DNA of 24,812 bases from positions 1-24,812 of the IMG/VR virus record IMGVR_UViG_3300044300_004403. One strand, given 5' to 3'. Within the stretch, counting starts at the first letter, position 1. The number at the start of each line of letters is the position of its first letter. Source of the stretch: a virus (taxonomy: Duplodnaviria > Caudoviricetes). Positions 1 to 7,310 of the stretch are shown in pieces. The notes beneath the pieces were generated by a model. The model made no database searches. It saw nothing but the letters and a program-made list of their open reading frames with translations, and was not told where the DNA came from. The position numbers were made by a program, and so were the translations under genes.

Positions 1-2906
1 ATGGTATAAAGTTTCATCCTTCAGGACATGTAAGTGCTAGTGGACATGTTTCAGGTTCAGTTATTAGTGCAAGTATAGGATTCCATACATTTGGTGATGT
101 AACTGCTAATGGTAATATAAGTGGAGGATCAGATACATCTACTTTTACAGCAGCAACAGGATCTTATCATGTGTTACAAGGAGATACCTCACAACCAACA
201 AGTCTTGTTATAGATGGTCAAATAACAGCATCAGATAATATAAGTTCAAGCGGTATTATTTTTGCTTCTAGTTATTTTATGAATGGAGTACAAACCTTAA
301 ATACAGATGATGGTGATTTATCAGTAGGAGGGGGATTTGCTCATATAGAAATAGATGGAGCATTAACTTCATCTGGGGATGTTAGATTTCCCAACTTATT
401 AGTTACAGGATCAATATCAGGAAGTCAGATAAGTTCAAGTGGTAATATTTCTACAGCAGGAAACATAAGCGCTAGTGGACATATTTCTGCTTCTGTTATT
501 AGCGCGAGTATAGGATTTCATACTTTTGGTGACATAACAGGTAATTCTATAATAGGTACTCAAAATTTATCAGTAACGGGTCAAATTTCAGGAAGTCAAA
601 TTAGCTCAAGTGGAAACTTAACAGTTGGTTTATTAGGCAACACAGCTACTGGAAATATAAGTGCAAGCGCCCATATCTCAGGAGCAGTTATTAGTGCAAG
701 CACAGGATTCCATACATTTGGTGATGTAACTGCTAACAATGTATATAATACTCAAAATTATGTAAATGGTATTAGACTTAGAAAAAACGATAATGTACTA
801 GAAGTAGCTTCAGGATTAAATGCTACTAGTATAACAGCATCAGCTGAAATAAGTGCAATAGGGAAAATATCATCTTCTGATTCAATAGAATCTCTTAATT
901 ATTATATAGGACCCGAGGGTTCACAAGATGCCTGGGGTATACATAACCCTTCTCAACAAATACTTCAATTTTCAACTGCTGATGATTCGGGTAATTATAT
1001 ATTTGAAATAAATAGTGGGGGTGGAGGTACAGCAACAACCACTGTAGAAGAGGGTAACTTTGTTGTTTCAAATGGTAATGCATCGATTAAAAAACAAATC
1101 TCAGGAAGCCAGATAAGTGCAAGTGGAAACTTAACAGTTGGTTTATTAGGTAATACTGCAACAGGAAACATAAGTGCTAGTGGGCATATCTCAGGTTCAG
1201 TTATTAGTGCAAGTATAGGATTTCATACATTTGGTGATATAACTGCTAGTAATAATGGTGTGTTTGGTAATAGTATAGTTACTCCTACGGCAATAGTTAA
1301 TACTTTAAGAGCTACAGGAAGTAGTACAGATCAAATAGTTTTTTCAGATACGGATGAAATTCAAATAAAAACTTCCGCTCAAAAAATGTTACGTATTAAT
1401 GAAAGTCAATATTACTTTAATTACAACCAACAAGACATGGATTTTATAGTTAGAGGAGATGGTGTAGCTAATTTAATTGATTCTGATGGAGGGTTAGGTA
1501 AAGTTGGTATAAATCATTCCCCTTTAGCAGCTTCTGCAACCTTCCATGTGGGTGGAGATATTTCAGGAAGTCAAATTAGCTCAAGTGGAAACTTGACAGT
1601 TGGTTTATTAGGCAACACAACTACTGGAAACATAAGCGCAAGTGCTCACATTTCAGGAGCTGTTATTAGCGCAAGTACAGGATTTCATACTTTTGGCGAT
1701 ATAACAGCAGGAACAGGATCCTTTCATCACATAACAGCCTCAGGTAATATAAGCACAAGTGCTGACATAAGATCAGATAGAATATTTGTTGATCATATTT
1801 TTGATTCAACAGGTGCAGGTACTGAATTAGCACTTACAAGTACCACATGTACTTGGAATGGAATAATGGATTTACCCGCTTCTAATGAAGCTACAGATGC
1901 TTCGGGAGATACAGGGGTATTAAGAGTAGAAGGAGGAGCAAGTATAGCTAAAAGTATATATGTAGGAAGTGTAATTTCAGGTAGTCAAATTAGCTCAAGT
2001 GGTAATATTTCTGCAACAGGAAACATAAGTGCTAGTGGACACATCTCAGGAGGGATGATAAGTGCAAGTATAGGATTTTGGGGTGATGGTAGTAACTTAA
2101 CAAATTTACCTGCTTCAGGTATTGATGTGTCAGGAACCCCTGCTAATAACCAAATTGCTGTTTGGACAGATGCTGACACATTAGAAGGAGATTCTCTTTT
2201 AACTTTTGATGGAGCTACATTAAGTACAGGAACAGGATCCTTTCATCACATAACAGCCTCAGGTAATATAAGTGCAAGTGGTTTTATACAAACACCTGAA
2301 ATAAGAGGTAACACAACAGGAGACCAATCAGGTAGTTTATTTTTATCAGGAAGTTTAACTTTAAAAGACAATATAGGGGTACCTGCAGTAAGTCAAAGTA
2401 CTCTATATAATAATAATGGTCATTTATATTATGGAGGAGGACTATTAGGAGGATACCATTTAAGTGCTAGTGCAGATAATGTAGGTTATATAAAAATATT
2501 ACATACGGATTGGATTCCTGATGATGGAAATACATATTTTAATATGTCTGTTGAAGGAGACGGAAGTGTTTTTTATTTAAAAGCTAACTCTACAGCATTA
2601 GATTTATATTGTTTTAAAGATATCCCGTGGGGTTGGAGAGCAACAGCAATACAAATATATGGTCAAGATAGTGATGGTGATAGTACAATAACAGTTCATA
2701 ATTATAATATAACAGATGGAACAAGAGCAACTATATCTACTACTCCTGCTACTTATAGATTAAATACAACAGGAGAAGCAGTTTTTGATACCCCTATGGT
2801 AAGTACCGCAACAAATGCACTTATGATTGATGTAGATCCTGCGGATTCTACTGATGGTATTTTTGGAGGTTATGTAAGAATAGAAAGAACCCACCACTTA
2901 GAATAA
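1..2906 (+). CDS. Long Ser/Gly/Thr-rich repeat tail fibre/adhesin-like virion protein (5'-truncated)
   Basis: The frame is open from position 3 (GIKFHPSGHVSASGHVSGSVISASIGFHTFGD...), so the gene starts upstream of the window rather than at the GTG at 171. It carries repeated ISGSQISSSGN...GNISASGHISG.VISAS.GFHTFGD units between unique domains and a non-repetitive C-terminal domain. It lies in a tail gene cluster. Confidence 0.75.
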   Translation, partial: GIKFHPSGHVSASGHVSGSVISASIGFHTFGDVTANGNISGGSDTSTFTAATGSYHVLQGDTSQPTSLVIDGQITASDNISSSGIIFASSYFMNGVQTLNTDDGDLSVGGGFAHIEIDGALTSSGDVRFPNLLVTGSISGSQISSSGNISTAGNISASGHISASVISASIGFHTFGDITGNSIIGTQNLSVTGQISGSQISSSGNLTVGLLGNTATGNISASAHISGAVISASTGFHTFGDVTANNVYNTQNYVNGIRLRKNDNVLEVASGLNATSITASAEISAIGKISSSDSIESLNYYIGPEGSQDAWGIHNPSQQILQFSTADDSGNYIFEINSGGGGTATTTVEEGNFVVSNGNASIKKQISGSQISASGNLTVGLLGNTATGNISASGHISGSVISASIGFHTFGDITASNNGVFGNSIVTPTAIVNTLRATGSSTDQIVFSDTDEIQIKTSAQKMLRINESQYYFNYNQQDMDFIVRGDGVANLIDSDGGLGKVGINHSPLAASATFHVGGDISGSQISSSGNLTVGLLGNTTTGNISASAHISGAVISASTGFHTFGDITAGTGSFHHITASGNISTSADIRSDRIFVDHIFDSTGAGTELALTSTTCTWNGIMDLPASNEATDASGDTGVLRVEGGASIAKSIYVGSVISGSQISSSGNISATGNISASGHISGGMISASIGFWGDGSNLTNLPASGIDVSGTPANNQIAVWTDADTLEGDSLLTFDGATLSTGTGSFHHITASGNISASGFIQTPEIRGNTTGDQSGSLFLSGSLTLKDNIGVPAVSQSTLYNNNGHLYYGGGLLGGYHLSASADNVGYIKILHTDWIPDDGNTYFNMSVEGDGSVFYLKANSTALDLYCFKDIPWGWRATAIQIYGQDSDGDSTITVHNYNITDGTRATISTTPATYRLNTTGEAVFDTPMVSTATNALMIDVDPADSTDGIFGGYVRIERTHHLE
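22..2085 (+). repeat. Dispersed intragenic coding repeats (~40-50 aa unit, 6 copies)
   Basis: Copies at about 22-110 (partial), 415-540, 585-735, 1098-1245, 1560-1710 and 1975-2085. The copies at 585 and 1560 are nearly identical in protein and differ mostly at synonymous sites. Confidence 0.9.
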
Positions 2907-3211
2907 TGGCATACATTAGAGCAACATATAATTCAGGTTCTGTTACATCTGTTGAAGATTCAAGCCAATTAGCAACAGGACAAGAAATCTACTGGCAAGA
3001 TCAAATAGGTAGAGTATTAGAAGATGAAAATGGAGAACCTTATGAAATAATTGAAAATGTAACCCCAGAGGGAATATCGGATACATTAGGAGTATGGGAT
3101 AATATAAATAATAATTTTATACCTGATGGGTTTTATGATAAAACAACAGGATGGATATGGCCTTCAGGATCTATACCAAGTAATAATGATATTAACGAAT
3201 GGAAAAAATAA
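2906..3211 (+). CDS. Small acidic hypothetical protein (101 aa), possible fibre accessory or chaperone
   Basis: The ORF overlaps the fibre gene stop as TAATG, which suggests translational coupling. No family recognised. Confidence 0.6.
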   Translation: MAYIRATYNSGSVTSVEDSSQLATGQEIYWQDQIGRVLEDENGEPYEIIENVTPEGISDTLGVWDNINNNFIPDGFYDKTTGWIWPSGSIPSNNDINEWKK

Positions 3212-3216
3212 ATTAA

Positions 3217-3939
3217 ATGCCAACAACAGCAATAACAGGACCCACATCACAAACAGGTATAGGCACTGGTCTAGGAGATGGTGTTAATTATGTAGGAGCA
3301 AATAATTCTATATGTGCAAGAGTATTTCCTACATCAGGAGGTTCAAATGCATATGCTATAAGTTCACAACCAGGAGGAAATTTATTTTCAGGATATAATT
3401 TAGCAATTGATAATACTCATGGAGCAGCAACAATCCACGGTATTGAAGTAGTAGCAGGAACTGATTTTGACGGCTCGGGAAATTCTTATATAGGAGCATT
3501 TGGTTCAAGTTCAGGAAATGGAATAATCCGATGTTATTTACACAATGGTACAGATTATTCATCTGCATTAACATGGGATACTAGTACTTCATATACTGGT
3601 ATATCTTTTAGTGATTCTGATACTACAGCTACTTTTACAGGAGCTAACAAAAGATATATAAATACTACAGCAGGAGATGATGTACTGTTTGGAGCTGCTG
3701 ACGAATTACATGGACTATCATGGAATTCACTTGTTCAAGGTACTTGGGGATTTGCTACAGCTTTTACAAATGTATCTGGAACCTTCGTAGCAGGATACTT
3801 AAGAGGTATAGGATTAAGAGTTACATACACAGCAGCACCCCCACCAGACCCTCTTGGTACCTTTGATAATGCTTCATCTCCTTTAATTGTAAAAACAGGA
3901 ACTACTATTGTATCTAATGGTACTATAGAATTAAGTTAA
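3217..3939 (+). CDS. Gly/Thr/Ser-rich beta-structured putative virion appendage or receptor-binding protein (240 aa)
   Basis: Composition and position in the fibre cluster. A Pro-rich linker (APPPDP) precedes a short C-terminal beta motif (LIVKTGTTIVSNGTIELS). Confidence 0.55.
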   Translation: MPTTAITGPTSQTGIGTGLGDGVNYVGANNSICARVFPTSGGSNAYAISSQPGGNLFSGYNLAIDNTHGAATIHGIEVVAGTDFDGSGNSYIGAFGSSSGNGIIRCYLHNGTDYSSALTWDTSTSYTGISFSDSDTTATFTGANKRYINTTAGDDVLFGAADELHGLSWNSLVQGTWGFATAFTNVSGTFVAGYLRGIGLRVTYTAAPPPDPLGTFDNASSPLIVKTGTTIVSNGTIELS

Positions 3940-3948
3940 ATATATATT

Positions 3949-4599
3949 ATGAGTTTAATGAGACAAAGAGCAATATCAACAAACTGGACAGGATCTGCTA
4001 TGAATAATCCTTTACTAAATGATTATAAATATGAATGGAAAGATAATTCAGTATTTATAAAAGGTAGTGATATACAATGTGAAGGGTTATGGGAAAAAGA
4101 AATATATTCAGCAAGTGCTGCCTATATATGTCAAAATGGTGGAGATATTCTACAAATAGGATATGGAATGTGTCAATTAGCAGACCATATACAATCTCAT
4201 TCAATTAATAGCCACACAATAATTATAGATCAAGCAGAAACCCATGAAAAAGCTCAAGAATGGGTAAAAGATAAACCAAATACAACAATTATAACAGGAA
4301 GTTTTTATGAAATGGATTTACCTGTTTATGATGGGATTTTTATAAATAAAACTAAATTATTTTATTGTAACAAAATGACAGCAAGAGTTCAAATAAAAAA
4401 CCAAATCCCACAACTAACAAAAACAGGTTCTTTAATAAGTTGGTATAATACTTGTAATGATGGGACTACTAATATATTAAATGTAAAAGATATAGAATAT
4501 GAATATATTAAAATAGATAATCCTCCAACTCAATCTCTTCTTGAAATACTTAAACCTATTTCTACAAATTATTATGTACCAAAAATGAAAATAAAATAA
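3949..4599 (+). CDS. Class I SAM-dependent methyltransferase-like protein, GAMT/RMT2 family, degenerate
   Basis: WEKEIY...GGDILQIGYGM...IQSHSINSHTIII...AQEW...YDGIF aligns by eye with GAMT WETPYM...GGRVLEVGFGM...VQ...EHWIIE...FDGILYD. Confidence 0.7.
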   Translation: MSLMRQRAISTNWTGSAMNNPLLNDYKYEWKDNSVFIKGSDIQCEGLWEKEIYSASAAYICQNGGDILQIGYGMCQLADHIQSHSINSHTIIIDQAETHEKAQEWVKDKPNTTIITGSFYEMDLPVYDGIFINKTKLFYCNKMTARVQIKNQIPQLTKTGSLISWYNTCNDGTTNILNVKDIEYEYIKIDNPPTQSLLEILKPISTNYYVPKMKIK

Positions 4600-5423
4600 T
4601 GGCTACAACATATACTATAACAGGATTAAGTTCAGATAATGATGCTCAACAAACAGGAGAAAGTACTTTTGAAGCAGCACGTACTGGTTCAGGTGATGGT
4701 ATATCTGTTCAAGGAGTAGGAGCTAACTATTTACATCCTCGTGTTGAAATTAATGGTCGACATTTTATAGCTTTTGGTGACATAACTCCTGATAAAGGGC
4801 CTCTTTATCAAATGCATAGATCATTTATAGCATTTGATATACCTGATTATGGTAATCAAGATGTTATATCTGCTACATTAAAACTTACTTCATTTGGAGA
4901 AAGTGAAGTCACAACAGGTACTAATAATAGAATATATAATTCATCAATAAAAGTAGTAAGAGGACTTACTTCATGGGGGCCAACAGTTGATGCAAGTGAT
5001 TTTGGAAAATTTACTTTTGAATTTTTTGGTACAGATTATGTTCTTCCAACACCATTAGATGATCTTGATGGTGTGACTATACCTTCATCAGCAGATCAAG
5101 ATGTTTATATCCCTTTAAATAATTCTGTTAAAGAAACATATATTCCTACTGCTAAAGGAAGTACGGTATATTGGGCTATTATAAATTATGAATATGATTA
5201 TTTAAATCATGGTCATAATGAATATGATTGGCCTTATATTGCATTTAATAGCCTCAATAAAGCCCAACATTCAGCAAAAATAAAATCAGGTAACCACAGT
5301 ACAACAGCAGATAGACCCCAACTAATATTAACAGTAGGAGAAGTAAAAAAAGCAGGTAAAATAATATTAAAGGGCAAAGTAGTACCAACAGGTAAAATTT
5401 CTATTTCAGATAACAATATTTAA
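4599..5423 (+). CDS. DNRLRE/CBM96-like domain putative carbohydrate-binding virion protein (274 aa)
   Basis: RSFIAFD...VISATLKLT...RPQLILT matches the pattern of DNRLRE/CBM96-type beta-sandwiches. TAATG overlap with the upstream gene. Confidence 0.55.
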   Translation: MATTYTITGLSSDNDAQQTGESTFEAARTGSGDGISVQGVGANYLHPRVEINGRHFIAFGDITPDKGPLYQMHRSFIAFDIPDYGNQDVISATLKLTSFGESEVTTGTNNRIYNSSIKVVRGLTSWGPTVDASDFGKFTFEFFGTDYVLPTPLDDLDGVTIPSSADQDVYIPLNNSVKETYIPTAKGSTVYWAIINYEYDYLNHGHNEYDWPYIAFNSLNKAQHSAKIKSGNHSTTADRPQLILTVGEVKKAGKIILKGKVVPTGKISISDNNI

Positions 5424-5434
5424 TATGTATTATC

Positions 5435-6454
5435 ATGGGAATAAAAATTAAACATAAAGATCCAAAATCAACTGATTTTAGTCCTAGTGATATTGTAGTT
5501 AATATTAAAGATGGTACTTTATTTTATAAATCAACTACAGGATTATTTAAAGTACAAGGAGATAATGTTAATACTACAAATAGAGAAGATCAAGAAGATT
5601 TATCTACTTATGCACTAATTGCAAATGTAGTTGCAAATAGCGCAACAGCATCTTTTGCTATAACTTCAAGCAATGTATTATTTGGAGATATAACAGCCTC
5701 AGGTGAAATAAGCGCAAGTGGGGATATTTTAACAAGTGGTGATATAACAGCTGGTCATAATGGTATTACTTTACAAGGTTCTACTAAGGATATTATAGGA
5801 GTTACTGATCTGTGGCTTGCGTCAACAATAAACCATACTAGCGATGGACATACACAAATAGATTTTAACCCAGATCAAATTGAATTATACGCTAGTGGTA
5901 ATGTAGGTATTGATATACAGCCTCATTTAGTAGATATAAAAAGAAATTTAACAGCATCTTATAATATAAGTTGTAGTAATGATACATCTACTATTACAGC
6001 AGCAACAGGGTCATTTAACACAATGGCTAAACAAATAGTAATAATACCTTTTAACTATTATTGTAGTTCAAACTTAACAGATGAAATATATATACCCGTC
6101 AAAGGTTATTTAGACAATATGTCAGATTATTATTATCATAGATATTTAACTCCATTCAATGGTATCTTAAAAAAAATAACTATAGGATTTGATGGTTCTT
6201 CTGCCCAAGGAAACGTAACAGTAAGATTTAGAAAAGATGCAGGTGGGGATTTTGATTTAGATGAAGCAGGAGATATAATTGAAGGAGTAACAATAAACAG
6301 TACTGTACAAGATACAAGTTATGATTTTGTATTTGATAGTAGTACTTCTACTTTTAATAAAGGTAATTTACTAGCCTTTACAGTACAACAACAAAATAGT
6401 ACTACTTACGATGCCTATGGGAGTATTGTACTTGAAATGAATACATCAACTTAA
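5435..6454 (+). CDS. Short tail fibre-like protein (339 aa)
   Basis: The N-terminal P...DIVVNIKDGTLFYK resembles the GE.AIN..DGKLF fibre attachment motif. Internal GDITASGEISASG and DTST.TAATGS modules are shared with the long fibre. Ends in a beta-rich C-terminal domain. Confidence 0.65.
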   Translation: MGIKIKHKDPKSTDFSPSDIVVNIKDGTLFYKSTTGLFKVQGDNVNTTNREDQEDLSTYALIANVVANSATASFAITSSNVLFGDITASGEISASGDILTSGDITAGHNGITLQGSTKDIIGVTDLWLASTINHTSDGHTQIDFNPDQIELYASGNVGIDIQPHLVDIKRNLTASYNISCSNDTSTITAATGSFNTMAKQIVIIPFNYYCSSNLTDEIYIPVKGYLDNMSDYYYHRYLTPFNGILKKITIGFDGSSAQGNVTVRFRKDAGGDFDLDEAGDIIEGVTINSTVQDTSYDFVFDSSTSTFNKGNLLAFTVQQQNSTTYDAYGSIVLEMNTST

Positions 6455-6466
6455 AATAAATTAATT

Positions 6467-6820
6467 ATGGCTTTAGCAGATAAAAAACCAAAAAAAATAT
6501 TTGAAAAATCAGATTCAGGAGATAAATACTATCTAAGCAGTACAAAAATAGATGAAATATCATCTTCATATGCAGATGCTGAACATCTTAATGATGAAGC
6601 TATAGTAGCAAGTACAGGAGCTATCATGTATCAACTCCAATTAATAGAAGAAGAACTTGATGAAATAAGAAGATACGTTACTAATGAAGCAACAGGTTCA
6701 GTAATTAATTTAAAAAGTATTGATACTAGTGCTTTACCAACATCATCTCCTGCTCAAAAAAATGCTTTATGGATTGAAGTTAATGCAAAAACTGGAGCTA
6801 AATATATAAGGTCAACTTAA
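6467..6820 (+). CDS. Hypothetical protein (117 aa) with coiled coil and LPTS.P...LW motif
   Basis: ORF with heptad-like QLQLIEEELDEIRR. The C-terminal LPTSSP...ALWI resembles short motifs seen in fibre-associated proteins. Confidence 0.55.
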   Translation: MALADKKPKKIFEKSDSGDKYYLSSTKIDEISSSYADAEHLNDEAIVASTGAIMYQLQLIEEELDEIRRYVTNEATGSVINLKSIDTSALPTSSPAQKNALWIEVNAKTGAKYIRST

Positions 6821-6868
6821 TGTAGGTTTTTATTTTTTTAATATATGTATATATAAACAATATAAGTT

Positions 6869-7180
6869 ATGGCAATACAAGAAAGACAAACACCACAAAC
6901 ACCAATACCTTCACCAGCTGAAATTAAATCAGGTCCTCAATCTTTTACCGAAGAAGAACTTAAACAGCTTATAGATTTAAGAAATGATTTAAATCAAACC
7001 GCTATTCAGTTTGGTCAAGTAGCTATGAGTAAAATCAAATTAGAAGAAACTGAAACTAAATTAAAAAGTCAATTAGCTGATTTAGAAAAAAAAGAAGTTA
7101 CTCTTGCAAAGAATTTATCAGATAAATACGGAAAAGGAAGTATTGACTTAGAATCTGGTACTTTTACTCCATCTAAGTAG
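6869..7180 (+). CDS. Coiled-coil hypothetical protein (103 aa), possible fibre assembly chaperone
   Basis: A long helical heptad region ends in KYGKGSIDLESGTFTP. It has its own promoter-like motif at 6842-6850 and lies directly upstream of the sheath gene. Confidence 0.6.
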   Translation: MAIQERQTPQTPIPSPAEIKSGPQSFTEEELKQLIDLRNDLNQTAIQFGQVAMSKIKLEETETKLKSQLADLEKKEVTLAKNLSDKYGKGSIDLESGTFTPSK

Positions 7181-7310
7181 TTTTTAACCCTTCTTTTATA
7201 TTTATAGACGGTAAATTAATAAAACTTACTTATTTTTTTGGTTTGGTTTATAATTTTTTCTCATATTTATACGAGAACAACCAATGAAATAACTTTAATA
7301 TATATAAAAG

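Noticed and set aside
171-173. GTG start for the first ORF
   Set aside because: The frame is open from position 3 and encodes the same repeat unit upstream, so the true start lies outside the window.
22-2272. CRISPR array or DGR template/variable repeat pair
   Set aside because: The repeats are in-frame, degenerate and irregularly spaced. Differences are synonymous rather than adenine-specific, and no cas or reverse transcriptase gene is in the window.
400-2300. Many N-x-S/T sequons (GNIS, GNLT) suggesting N-glycosylation
   Set aside because: They are expected from Asn/Ser-rich beta-repeat composition, and no glycosylation genes are present in the window.
7181-7310. Structured ncRNA or tRNA in the longest intergenic gap
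   Set aside because: No convincing stem or cloverleaf was found. The content is explained by T-tracts and two promoter-like motifs.
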